A stretch of DNA of 64,000 nt from Eledone cirrhosa (taxonomy: Eukaryota), in contig OZ024744.1 in NCBI GenBank assembly GCA_964016885.1, positions 106,144,001-106,208,000 of the forward strand, in the 5' to 3' direction. Below the pieces are notes generated by a model. It was not told the origin of the DNA and searched no databases. It worked only from the letters and a program-made list of their open reading frames with translations. Position numbers and translations under genes: made by a program. Positions 26,505-39,242 of this stretch are shown in pieces. Each line of letters starts with the position of its first letter. The stretch's first letter is position 1.

Positions 26505-27490
26505 GGGAATCACAGGATTGGATGATCAAACTCGTTTTGAAACACGAAAGCATCAAAAGATCATACTCCATTACAAAAGATGCACAAAGATACAGTAATG
26601 GACTACAAATTTCAGAAGTGCCATTTACTGCTGAAATGAAAAACACAGAAAAAAAACAAAGCAGGTAAAAGTAACTGCAAAGAAAGAACTGCTACAGAAA
26701 CTGGCTAAGAAATGGCAAGAAAAGCCTCTATATGGAAAATACCCAGAAAGAGCTAATAATCCTGATGTTGACAAAACTTTAACCCATCAGTGGTTGGCAT
26801 CCTCTGGACTGAAATCGGAGACTGAAGGACTAATTATATCAGCACAAGATCAGTGTCTGCCAACAAAAAATTACCAAGCCAACATAATAAAAAATGGATG
26901 CAACCCATTATGCCTTGTATGTAACAGGCAACACAGAGCTGCACAATACATACATTGGATAATGTGTAAGCATTTTGACCTGCCTCATCAAAAGAATTGG
27001 TGGGAGCATCAACCACCTCCCATACTTGAAAAAGATCACATCTCAATCTTGTGGAACTTGAGCATCCAAACAGACCTGATATAATACTGAAGGACTTTAA
27101 AAAGAGGGTATGCCTGCTAATTGATATGTCCGTTCCAATAGACAAGAATGTATCTATAAAAACATTTGAAAAATTGAGCAAGTATAAGGACCTGGAGATA
27201 GAAATTGGAAAAATGTGGAAATTGAGAACTAAAACAATACCAGTGGTTGTAGGCGCTCTAGGAATGATACCTAAGGGGTCTAATGATTACTTATCGCAAA
27301 TCCCAGGAAACCTGCGTATAGGAGAAATACAAAAGATAGTAGTAATGGGAACTGCCCATATACTAAGGAAGATTCTGTCACAAGTCTAAACATGTTCTTT
27401 CTTGAACATGGCGAACCTTGTTGTCTCTTGAGGCCACTGGTTGTGACTTGGTGATAAGTCATATGAACATAAAGCAAGATAAATGCAACT

Positions 27491-27492
<2 letters not shown>
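26503..27492 (+). mobile_element. 5'-truncated R4/Dong-like non-LTR element (CCHC + restriction-like endonuclease), decayed
   Basis: GLKSETEGLIISAQDQCL, CLVC, RPDIILKD..LIDMSVP, KLSKYKDLEIEIGKMW, IPVVVGALG; flanked by (TAA)n. Confidence 0.88.
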
Positions 27493-27550
<58 letters not shown>

Positions 27551-27554
<4 letters not shown>

Positions 27555-29542
27555 AAGACCGAATCAAGGGTAATGATGTTACCAACTATAGACCTATCAC
27601 ATGTCTGCCCGTAATGTGGAAACTGTTGACGAGCATTGTGTCTGAGGAAATCTACCATCACCTCCACACAAACAACTTGTTGCCGGACGAACAGAAAGGA
27701 TGCCGAAAGAAGTCACGTGGTACAAAGGACCAGTTGCTTATTGATAAGATGGTCATGGGGAATTGCAGGAGGAGACACACTGATCTTGCCATGGGATGGA
27801 TAGACTACAGAAAGGCATTTGACATGGTGCCTCATTCCTGGATCACCAAAAGCCTGGAGATCTTCAGGGTGGCAGATAACATCAGACAGTTGCTGGGCAG
27901 GAGTATGGGGTCCTGGGAGACAGAGTTGACATCAACTGGAGTATCCTTGGGAAGCGTGAAGATCAAGAGAGGTATCTTCCAGGGAGATAGCCTGTCCCCT
28001 CTGTTGTTTGTCCTTGCCCTGATGCCCTTGACCATTATGCTGCGAAAAGTGAGAGCAGGATACAAGTTGGGAAGGGGAGAGCTTACCATCAATCACCTCC
28101 TCTTCATGGACGATCTTAAGCTCTTCGGGAAAAGTGAGAAGGAGTTGGATGTGCTTGTTGACACTGTCCGTATTTTCAGCAGTGATATATGTATGCAGTT
28201 TGGTATTGGTAAATGTGGAGTCATTGTGATGAGGAGGGGTAGGTTGAGCAGAAGTAACGGGATCCAGATACCAACAGGTGAGATGATAAAGGAAATTGAC
28301 TCTGAGGAAGGATACAAGTATTTGGGCGTTCTGGAGGCTGATGGCATAAAGAACAAAAAAATGAAGGAATTGTTAAGAACTGAATACATTCGGAGAGTAA
28401 GGAGCGTATTGAAGTCACATCTGAACAGCAGAAATGCCATAAGCGCAGTAAATTCCCGAGCTGTGTCTATTATTAGGTACAGTGCGGGAATTCTGAGATG
28501 GAATGTTGCTGAACAAAAAGAAATGGATAGGAAGACTAGGAAGCTATTGACTATCTACAACATGTTCCACAAGAGGAGTGATGTCGATAGACTCTACCTA
28601 AGGAGATCTGAGGGTGGAAGAGGTCTTATCAGCATAGAGGACTGTGTTCAGATGGAGAAAAACAACCTATACAAATACGTGACCTATAGTAAGGAGCCAA
28701 TGCTCAGAGCTGTACTGAAGGAGGGGACAGTAGGCCAGGGGATACCCAAGGAGGAAATAACATCAAGGAGGAAGAGCAGCCTTAAGGGAAAATCCCTTCA
28801 TAGTACCTTCTTTGAGAAAACTGAATTTAGAGATCCACAGACATGGAACTGGTTGAGAAGAGGAGACCTCAAAAAGGCTACAGAAGGAATGCTAATGGCT
28901 GCGCAGGAGCAGGCCCTCAAAACGAAGTGGTTGAAGCACCATATCTACAAGGAGGAGGCTAGCCCACTGTGCAGGATCTGTGGAGAGAGAGAGGAGACTG
29001 TGGCTCACATTGTGTCCGAGTGTAAACACCTAGCCCAGACCCACTATAGGGGCTGGAGACACGATGTGATGGGCAGGGTGATCCACTGGCACCTGTGCAA
29101 AGTAAACAATCTACCACATTCTGAGAAATGGTATGAGCATAGGCCAGAGGCGGTGATGGAGAACAGTCAGGTGAAGGTGCTGTGGGATTTTAGGATACAG
29201 ACGGACAAAAAACTGGAACACAATAGACCTGACCTGGTGGTTGTGGACAAAGAAAAAAGATCGTGCCTGATTGTGGATGTGGCCTGCCCGTTCGACACGA
29301 GAGTGCAAGAGAAGGAGAGGGAGAAAATTAACCGATACCAGGACCTAAAGTGGGAGGTGAAAAGGATTTGGAACTGCCATGAAGTCAAAGTGATCCCGAT
29401 TGTCATAGGCGCACTGGGGACTATCTCCAAAGGTTTCCAGGGATGGTTAAAGAAAATCGGCCCCTTCACGCTTTTTGGAACGCTTCAAAAGGCATGCTTG
29501 CTTGGAACGGCAAGAACCCTCCGATACGTCCTGAATATCTGA
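27551..29542 (+). CDS. R4/Dong-like non-LTR retrotransposon ORF (RT + CCHC + RLE), 5'-truncated but uninterrupted, 663 aa
   Basis: [44 protein letters not shown]; [18 protein letters not shown]; RHD; [19 protein letters not shown]; KINRYQDL; 3' UTR to ~29617; (TAA)n at both ends. The ATG is partly formed by the repeat junction. Confidence 0.93.
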
Positions 29543-29644
29543 GGCTGCAGGTAGTGGCTTGATATTCAATCCAACGGACTTTCCAGTTAACCAACATCAA
29601 TGACTGAGATTCAAGGAATAACAATAACAATAATAATAATAATG

Positions 29645-29845
29645 ATTTCTTATATAGGCACAAGGCCAGCAATTTGGGGGGGGGGGGAAAGACGATTAAA
29701 CCGACCCCAGTGCGTGACTGGTACTTTATTTTATCAACCCAGTAAGGATGAAAGGTAAAAGCCAGCCTTGGCGGAATTTGAACTCACACCGTAAAAGACC
29801 ATAACTCTGTGCTGCAAAGTATCTACTGATACTGCCAATCCACCG
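29645..29845 (-). mobile_element. SINE family A
   Basis: Same A/B boxes and central domain as 15746-15930; tail GGCCTTGTGCCTATATAAGAAATC(ATT)n. Confidence 0.85.
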
Positions 29846-29939
29846 CAGAGTTACTGCCCGATGACTGAACTCTTGCTGTTTCAACGGCAAATGGATAAGT
29901 ATTGAGTACTTAGCTGAACAACAATCTTACTAGTTTAAA

Positions 29940-30151
<212 letters not shown>

Positions 30152-30176
30152 AACTCCTAATCTATCTCTTTCTTTG

Positions 30177-30213
<37 letters not shown>

Positions 30214-30411
30214 AAGTTCTTTTTTTTTTATTTACATTTTCTTAAATGAAAATCCCATTACTGAATTCTACCATGTAGTGAATAGTTATTTCCACTATTA
30301 TAGACTTTCTGATGAAGTGTGATAAATAATTAAGTATTGCATATGATTGAACAATATATATTGTAGTCAGCATATGTAGACAATTAAAATAGACACAGAA
30401 ACATATGTTAG

Positions 30412-30631
30412 CCCTTTAATGTTCAAACCGGCCTAAAGCGGCCAGAATTCTCTACCTCTTTCTGTTGAAACTGGCTGTAACTGGCCACTCAAACTGATGT
30501 TAAGGTATTGTTCTCAAAATAAATACTTTCAAAATCTCATAGATTCGATATTATATGAGATAATTATGTGAGGTAAAGCCTTTACCATGAAAATATAATA
30601 GTATATAGAGAGTAATGTGAATGCTAAAGGG
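30412..30631. mobile_element. 220-bp piggyBac-like MITE (unexpanded relative of 37-1565)
   Basis: TTAG|CCCTTTAATGTTC ... GAATGCTAAAGGG|TTAA; its reverse complement aligns along its length with the two ends of 37-1565. Confidence 0.8.
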
Positions 30632-30792
30632 TTAAAGCAAATAAATTCCAAATCTCCTTCATGCCAACATTTATATTTTTCTTGGTGCAATTTTTCTTTA
30701 TATATACATATATGTCTATATTATATATATACAGTAATGGTTGCATTTTTTAAGGGTATGTCAATATTTATTTATAAAACTGATCTATATTA

Positions 30793-30857
30793 TATTTTGT
30801 CTGATGAAAGCACACCATAATTTAACTTGGTGTCCTTGAAATATGTATAAGGAAATA
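30793..30857 (+). ncRNA. Type I hammerhead ribozyme motif (family H1)
   Basis: TATTTTGT-CTGATGA-AAGCACACCA/TGGTGTCCTT-GAAA-TATGTA-TA-AGGAAATA; one mismatch in stem I. Confidence 0.6.
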
Positions 30858-30896
30858 AATATGGTTTTATAAATATAGTTTCCATTTGTTAATATC

Positions 30897-30933
<37 letters not shown>

Positions 30934-31356
30934 ACAAAGAGGGTGTGGTAAGATACCAGATGGACCATATTGCACCAGAGTACTCAATACTTAGAGTAGT
31001 AGAGTGGGTAATAGGAAAAAAGTTAGGACCCCTGACTCTTTTCCTATATATATATATATACATATATAAACCAACTGTGTATCTTCTAAATGGTTACTTG
31101 ATCTGCTAGAAATAGTAACCAAATCTCTGTCAATTTTCTCAACTATCCTTAAAAGGGAATACATTATCTAATATAGTCTTAGATACAATGTTTGGAGAGA
31201 AAAGGCAGGACAGTGACAGGACAAACAACAACAACAACAATAACAACAACAATGTCAGAAACAACAACAGTAACAACAACAACAACAACAGTATAAACAA
31301 GAACAATATAAATAAAGAAGACAGGAAGTATAGAAAGAATGAAGAAATATAGTCAC

Positions 31357-31404
31357 CTGGAGATATTTTAACTCATTCTTTAGAATCCTGTTTTCTTCCA
31401 GAAT
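31357..31404 (-). CDS. Coding exon 4 of unidentified coiled-coil protein gene
   Basis: tttgttttcttttcaaAG|ATTCTG...CTCCAG|GTgact; 48 nt, phase 0-0; ILEENRILKNELKYLQ. Confidence 0.8.
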
Positions 31405-31451
31405 CTTTGAAAAGAAAACAAATATAAGGAATTAGTATCTCCCACTCCTCT

Positions 31452-31460
31452 TGATGATGG

Positions 31461-31521
<61 letters not shown>

Positions 31522-31679
31522 GGTGATGATGATGTTGATGATGATGATGGTGATGTTGGTGATGATGATGATGATGATGATGATGGTGATGGTGATGATG
31601 ATGATGATGGTGATGGTGATGATGATGATGATGATGATGATGATCATCATCATCATCATCATCATCATCACCATCATCA
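31452..31679. repeat. (GAT)n tract followed directly by inverted (CAT)n
   Basis: Direct reading; the poly-M/poly-I ORFs are artefacts. Confidence 0.95.
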
Positions 31680-32397
31680 GTGTGTAGGGACTAGAGAATA
31701 AGTTCCCTCTGTGGAAACAGAACTTAGAATCAAAAGGACTGAGAGTAAACTTAGCAAAACAGAAGTGTTAATAACTAGGAAAGAAGACAGGACACCCCGA
31801 AACCAACAAGGAAGTAGCCTTGCTTGATATACAGAAAAGAAGTATATATATATATATATGAAATGCCCCTTTCCTGGAGCTTAATTATTGTAAAGGACTG
31901 AGAGCTTATTCTCAAAATATTATATAGTATATTGCTCCTTAAATGTTAGAGCTGATCTTTAATCCCGCATATATGGCTGTTATTTCTAGCACCGTTAATG
32001 CGGGACGGCTAGTTTGGTCTGGCTATACACGTGTAGTCAGACTTGCAAAATTTTTTGATGTGAGATGTACTAATTTCTACTGGGTTCCTGTTGATATGCA
32101 CAGAAGATTTGGATATTTCACTTTTTATTTCAATTCCATTTCGATTCTCTTTATTTTTCAATTCACATACCACCATTGCGAAACGGATTTAGGTTTCGAG
32201 GTTCAAATTCGTCTACAGAACAGGTTTGGATTTTGAAATTTAAATCTGTCCAGGAATCATGGCCTTTGCCAATATAAGCTTGTCTTTATTGACTTATATC
32301 GATACAGACAAATTGTATTCACTTTAATTAGTTTATTTCATTAATAGCTGACTGTCTGTTGCAATGCAAACACGTTTTGTGTTTATCATATATTTTA

Positions 32398-32480
<83 letters not shown>

Positions 32481-32602
32481 TAAAAAAATAATGAATAAAA
32501 CAATGAAACAGTTCCTTATATTAAACAAAAAAAGTTCATTATTTAACGATCGTTTCTAGGATATATATGTGTTTACTACCGTAAACTCTTGGTAGATTTA
32601 TC

Positions 32603-32643
<41 letters not shown>

Positions 32644-32648
<5 letters not shown>

Positions 32649-32840
32649 AACCAGTAAGACCCCGACGGCTGAGCTCAAGCCGTTTCGACGGCTAATTCTC
32701 ATATGAATTAGCCGTCGAAACGGCTTGAGCTCAGCCGTCGGGGTTTTACTTGTTCCTATTACCCACTCTACTACCCTAAGTATTGAGTACTTTGGTGCGT
32801 TATGGTCCACCTGGTTCCTTACCACTTTTCCTTCGCTATA
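32644..32840. mobile_element. (TA)n-inserted palindromic element with truncated hammerhead (3' half only)
   Basis: Inverted arms ~32644-32760; right arm has CGAAA-CGGCT/AGCCG-TC-GGGGT but no CTGANGA; the tail 32760-32835 is the reverse complement of ~30940-31020. Confidence 0.6.
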
Positions 32841-32860
32841 TATATATATATATATATATA

Positions 32861-32985
32861 GGTGTGTCGCTGAGTGGTTAAATAATTAGATTCATAATCG
32901 TGAGGTTGTGAGTTTGATTCCCAGACCAGGCGATGCGTTATGTCATTGAGCAAGACACTTTATTTCACGTTGCTCCTTCTACCTG
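32861..32985 (+). mobile_element. SINE family B head fragment
   Basis: tRNA-like head plus TTGAGCAAGACACTTTATTTCACGTTGCTCC, shared with 41239-41620. Confidence 0.7.
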
Positions 32986-33345
32986 GAGTTGTGACTGACA
33001 GATAGTATTAGCAATTGGAAAGACCAATGGAAGCATTGTTTCCGCAGTCTGATTTGATGAAAGTCGATTGACTGTCGATATATATATATACACACACAGA
33101 GGGAGGTAGAAGACCCAGGGGTAGACCCCAAGTAAGATGGTTGGATAACATCCATGAGTTTGGCAGGTCACGCTTGGGTATCCAGCTGGATCAGTTGGAG
33201 ATGGTTGCTTCTGACAGGACCTGTTAGAAGGCGTGTTTGAGGTCTCTGCCCCCCCGTGACCCATGACCCACTCAGGAATAAGTGGGCAAAGATGAAGAAG
33301 AAGAAGAAGAGAGAGAGAGAGAGAGAGAGTTAATTGTTTAATTAC

Positions 33346-33810
33346 CTTGAATTTCTGGCCATTTTGGAAAGGAAGCTGGAAAATATTTGTATTATTCGTA
33401 TTTTCAGAAGGATTTTCTTCTTGGACTTTACCAGTATTTTCTGTTTTTCTGTGTGAAGTTGACATGGAAGATGATCCAAATGGAGAAGTAATCTTCTTCT
33501 TTGCTTCCTCCGACTGATTTCTTAACAATTGCAGGTTTTCTATTGAAATATTATTCTGCAAAGACTGTTGGAATCCTAGTCTAAGAAATGTCTTGGGAAT
33601 GAAATATGTTGATTTGTTCATTTCTGGGCAATCTTCATTGAGACTTCTCTGCACAAGAAAGTCATCCTTATGTGATACTATTCCTGATGGCAATAACTGG
33701 TTATAAAAGGCATCTTTCGCTCTCTGAATGATTTGCCAATTCTTTTTACAAAGGGACTGCATATCTTTTAAATATTCTTCTAATATATATATGCCATAAA
33801 TGAAATTGTC
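33346..33810 (-). CDS. Coding exon 3 of unidentified protein gene
   Basis: ttttttcctAG|GACAAT...TTCAAG|GTaatt; 465 nt, phase 0-0; DNFIYGIYILEEYLKDMQSLCKKNW...QNGQKFK. Confidence 0.85.
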
Positions 33811-34269
33811 CTAGGAAAAAAAAGGAAAGTTTTATGAAATGGATAAATAAACTGGTTAAATTGCTTTACCTATATTCGGGAAGCTGTGGTCATCATCATT
33901 ATTATTTTTACTTCAGCCTTTCTATGTAAGCATGGGTTTGATAGGATCTTTTGAGGCAGTGTTCTACAGCTACGTGCCGCTCTTGACATCAACCCTTTTA
34001 TTTATCTCTGACAACATGCAGGTATACAGTGTACCTATTGTAAACCAGATATACACTATGACTGTCATAATCCATTGACCCAAGGAATTTCACTGAAAAC
34101 ACTTGCAGTGGGATTGAACTTATAAACATATATTTGTAAAGCATACTTCTTAACCACACCACCATATCGTCAAGCAGCAACAACAACATCAATTTCTATC
34201 TAGGCCCTTCCTGTCAAAGGCGGTGCCGTTTTGGATTAACAAAGGATGTGAAAAATGTCAATAACTTAC

Positions 34270-34472
34270 ATTCATTTCATACCCGGAATTTTCTGATTCT
34301 GTGGACGTACCAGTTTGGGTAGATGTACCAGTAATGACAGATGTACCAGTTACAGTAGATGTACCAGTTTCGGTAGATGTACCACTAATGGCAGATGTAC
34401 CAGTAGTGTTAGATGTACCAGTAATGACAGATGTACCAGTTGCGGTAGGTGCCTCAGTGACAGAATCAATTC
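34270..34472 (-). CDS. Coding exon 2 of unidentified protein gene (18-bp repeat encoding TGTSxx x8)
   Basis: tttcatatttcAG|GAATTG...ATGAAT|GTaagt; 203 nt, phase 1-0; (G)IDSVTEAPTATGTSVITGTSNTTGTSAISGTSTETGTSTVTGTSVITGTSTQTGTSTESENSGYEMN. Confidence 0.85.
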
Positions 34473-34774
34473 CTGAAATATGAAAACATTAAAAACATTT
34501 CAAAATTTTGTATAAGAAACATGTTATTATGGTTGATCTGACAATATTTTGGTAATTATGTGGAATGGATCCCTGAAGGATTGGAATCTTGAATGGAGTA
34601 GGTTTTGTTCAATTTCAGGGGTTCAGAGGAGAGTAATGGCACTTGGTAACTAATGGGGTAGTTCTTGTGAGCCTTTGATACATTCTCCATACAACCATAT
34701 GAGATCTCACAAATAAAAGGTGAAATTCTTCAGCCAGTAACCTGTTATGGAGTCTGAGTCTTGGATATATGTAT

Positions 34775-35380
34775 GTTGGAAAAAGACCTCAACACAAATG
34801 AGGTACAAGGGCAGCATCAAGAACAACCTCAAAGAGCTGACATTTGATATAGACAACTGTGAGGAGATAGCTCTAAATAGGGCTGGGTGGAGAAAGTGCA
34901 TAAAGGGCAGTTGCAAAATGTTTGAAGAATGTCACCTAGAGCATAAACAACTGAAGTGTTAGCTCCAGAAGGGCTGTGGACACAGTCTAGATGAAGTCAT
35001 CAGTAGCTGGACATGTAATTTCTACCAGTGTGTACTCTTCTCAAAGGCTGGCTATGTTAATCACCTGAAGTCACATGAAAGTATAACTACCTGTAACACC
35101 ACTCAACAAAGACCTGGCGAAAAAACTTGGGTGATATGCCACAAAGTGTGTAGAACTAGTTCCGGACTAAAAAGACACATGATGGTACATAAAGATTGTG
35201 TCCCACAGAGTGACCCCACCAGTCCTGTAGAAAGCACAACTCTCTTCCGTCACCTGTGTCGTAAACTATGCAAATCTACAACTGGCCTATAAAGTCATCT
35301 ACGAAGTCATGGATGCAGATGGGATGACAATGAAGAATCAATAAGAGATGGCAATCATCTGTGAAGACGGTGCAACCCTC
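34775..35380 (+). mobile_element. Decayed RTE-like LINE 3' end encoding three tandem C2H2 zinc fingers
   Basis: RYKGSIKNNLKELTFDIDNCEEIALNRAGWRKCI, then read through stops: CNFYQ..SKAGYVNHLKSH, VICHKVCRTSSGLKRHMMVH, HLCRKLCKSTTGL*SHLRSH. Confidence 0.75.
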
Positions 35381-36102
35381 ATGCATGTATGTATGCATAT
35401 TTGTACATACATACACACACACACACAAACATACATACACACATGTACATACATACATGATGGCTGCAAACTCTGCTAAGTGTATTGCAATCGCTTGTCA
35501 GATTACAGAAAATGGTGCACTTTTAGGCTACGGCCAGCCACACAAACCTGTAACATATCCTGAACAAGCAATGCCTGTGCTTTGAAAGTTTTTTAAGTGG
35601 GGAAAGGGCTTGCACTCAACCAATCCCACTCTCTGAGCGTCGAAAACACTACCCAAAGAGGAGAACTAGTCAATATCATTGGATGTTTCCAAAGCCGCAG
35701 TTCTTTTTTCAGAGTTTCCCTCTCCTAGAAAGGTGTTGTGACAACAACTGGGGGCCTTTCACTTCCAGGTGAAAAAAAAAGTATTATTTGGATGGCCATT
35801 AACTCTGCTGAGTTACTCTGCTCTTCGCCGGGTTTTGTATTTCATCCTGCAGGGTGTCCAGATATCAGCCTCCTCACCAAGCAAGCTTGGTGGGGTTGCT
35901 GGTTTAGTCACTGATGACCCGACCATGAGGAAGGTTGTACTGTGTCACATGTTTCCAGTAGCACTCGAGAGCGACCTGATGTACATACATACATGCATAC
36001 ATATCCTTGTAAAAATGCCATGGATGCTACCCTTCCTGTCATAACTAAGCCATAATATAAAAAAACATTGTTTAAACGTATATATATATATATATTATTT
36101 AC

Positions 36103-36904
36103 CTTTAACACTTTTTGGTATGGCACCAAGTGATTTTTTACAGGAAGAAGGATAAATGTTCTGATTAGAATCCTTTGCATAATCACTTGTAGAATTTTTT
36201 GTAATCTTAAAAATTCTTTTTGGTTGGTTACTTTTTGTTGAAATATCTTTTGGTATTTCATCACATTGAGAATTTATTTCTAAATTTGTTTGTCTGTAAA
36301 ATTTAGTGTCTTTGTTTCTTGGGAAGCCAATTGAATCAGGATTTGCTTCTGCAGGAATTATATGTTGACAATCTTTTAAATGAGGACTTTTTTGTAAGGC
36401 TTCATTACATTTTTCTCTTGTTTTGCTTACTTTATTATTCTTTTTACATTGAATATGTTCTCCTGTCTCAAGAATCAAGCATTCTTTTACTCCAGGTGCA
36501 ACAACACGACATATTTTGTAGTTATTACAGTTTTCTGTGTATTTCGGCTGATTTCCAAATGACTCTAGTATTTCTGATAAATTGTCTTCTTTCAGATTTG
36601 TGTTACTTTTATTTGTATCAGGAACAGAGCAGCATCTTGCAGTTTCACTGTCAACTTTAATATTCTCATCTAATGTGCTATGAGATACATCTGGCTGTGT
36701 TACAGTAATTTCATCACATGGAATATTTCTTATCAAAGTGTTTTCACCAAATTCTGATTGTTTCTTGCTGTACTGAGTTGTCTTAGTTTCTCCAAGACAG
36801 TCGACATCTTTGTGAATGTTTTCTGTGACAGATGGAATATTCCCTTCCAGTGAACTTATGATTTCTTCTGGTTGAAATTCATTTTTGTCTGCAGCAGTTT
36901 CCAT
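36103..36904 (-). CDS. First coding exon of unidentified protein gene (acidic, probably disordered N-terminus)
   Basis: Acceptor ttttttAG at 36913-14, in-frame TAA just before ATG 36904; 802 nt open (METAADKNEFQPEE...KSVK), donor G|GTaaat in phase 1 matching exon 2. Confidence 0.85.
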
Positions 36905-37032
36905 TATTTAAGCTAAAAAAATAAAAATATATATTTTAAGAAAGTAAACATTATTTTATATACTTTTAAATTGATACTAAATAGAATTTTTAGGATTCTT
37001 TTACAGAATTTTCTAAACAATGTTAAAGAGAA

Positions 37033-37268
37033 ACACCACCACCACCAACAACAACACTGCCACCAACACCACCAACAACAACAACAACAACAACACCACC
37101 AACAACAACACCACCACCACCACCCCCAACAACAACAACAACCCCACCACCACCACCACCACCACCAACAACAACAACACCAACAACAACAACACCACCA
37201 CCAACAACAACAACAACACCACCACCACCAACAACAACACCACCACCACCACCACCACCACCACCACC

Positions 37269-37300
<32 letters not shown>

Positions 37301-37960
37301 CACCACCACCACCAACAACAACAACACCAACAACACCACCACCAACAACAACAACACCACCACCACCACCACCCCCAACAACAACAACAACACCAACAAC
37401 AACAACAACAATACTCACTTTTCCCTGAATCTGCTGCAGTATTGCCAGACATTCATAAAATGACTTTCTAAAGTCACATAGCTTTTCCAACAACTTCCTC
37501 CCTCCTTCTCCTCATACTCCTGCTGGTCATGACCACCACCACCACCACCACCACCACCACCACCACCACCACCACCACCACCACCACCACCACCACCACC
37601 ATCTCTATCACCACCACCATCATCACCACCACCACCACCACCATCACCACCACCACCACCACCACCACCACCACCACCACCACCACCACCACCACCACCA
37701 CCACCACCACCACCACCACCACCACCTCCACCACCATCTCTACCACCACCATCACCTCCACCTCTACCACCACCACCACCACCACCACCATCACCATCTC
37801 TACCACCACCACCACCATCACCATCTCTACCACCACCATCACCACCACAACCACCACCACCACCATCTCTACCACCTCCACCACCATCTCTACCACCACC
37901 ACCATCACCATCTCTACCACCACCACCATCTCTACCCCCCCCCCACCCACCACCACCACC
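37033..37960. repeat. (CAC/CAA)n and (CAC)n trinucleotide tracts
   Basis: Direct reading; poly-T/N/Q/H/V ORFs are artefacts. Confidence 0.95.
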
Positions 37961-38037
37961 AGGATGTTGTTGAAAATATTCATTATCTATATATAATCAT
38001 GTTGACATCTATTCCTTATAGTTAATGATAGTACCAA

Positions 38038-38069
<32 letters not shown>

Positions 38070-38171
38070 ATATATATATATATGTGTGTGTGTCCCCATA
38101 TGTTTGTATATATATATATATATAAGAATATATATATATGTGTGTGTGTGTGTGTGTCCATATATATTTGT

Positions 38172-38226
<55 letters not shown>

Positions 38227-38257
38227 TATATATATATGTGTTGTGTCCATATATATT

Positions 38258-38292
<35 letters not shown>

Positions 38293-38331
38293 GAATATAT
38301 ATATGTGTGTGTGTGTGTGTCCATAAATATT

Positions 38332-38375
<44 letters not shown>

Positions 38376-38413
38376 TATATATATATATGTGTGTGTGTCC
38401 ATATATATTTGTG

Positions 38414-38474
<61 letters not shown>

Positions 38475-38507
38475 GAATATATATATATGTGTGTGTCCAT
38501 ATATATT

Positions 38508-38557
<50 letters not shown>

Positions 38558-38956
38558 AATATATATATATATGTGTGTGTCCATATATATTTGTGTGTAT
38601 ATATATATATATATATATATACATATATATGAATATATATATATATATGTGTGTGTCCATATATATATATATATATATATGTATTGAAGTTTCTGTTGAA
38701 AATTGAAAAAGTCATAGGAGTGAAAATTATATATATATATATATATAAAATGATATATATATATATATAAAATTATATATATATATATATATATAAAATG
38801 ATATATATATATATATAAAATTATATATATATATATATATAAAATTATATATATATATATATAAAATTATATATATATATATATATAAAATTATATATAT
38901 ATATATATAAAATTATATATATATATATATAAAATTATATATATATATATATATAT

Positions 38957-39010
<54 letters not shown>
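38038..39010. repeat. TA/TG-rich compound minisatellite and (TA)nAAAT array
   Basis: Units GAATATATA..TGTGTGTCCATATATATTTGTGT(ATAT)n, then AAAATTATATATATAT repeats. Confidence 0.9.
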
Positions 39011-39242
39011 GTCTGCTTTCTCCTTCTATAGCACCAATCCCAGTTTAAAACACTCAATGCTGATTATACAGACAATAAGTGGTCTGACTAAGAGAGAGAA
39101 ATATTTAAAACAGGCACAAAATTTTCCACGCAGCATTTGTATTTCGCTGTCTTTTTGGCTTTATTTCTGTATTTTTTATATATTGAGATATAAATATCCT
39201 ATTATTGTGTGTGTATGTCTGAGTATGCATATATATATATAT

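Noticed and set aside
30300-30340. CTGATGA at ~30309
   Set aside because: No stem II/GAAA or stem I partner found
35440-35985. Possible minus-strand retroelement 5' UTR fragment
   Set aside because: Only a general impression; no second copy or protein motif in the window
37420-37530. Upstream exon with a GTGAGT donor (37414-37419) as a coding extension
   Set aside because: Splicing to 36912 meets a stop in all three frames (in-frame TAA before ATG 36904); at best a 5' UTR exon with a uORF, and its acceptor is undefined
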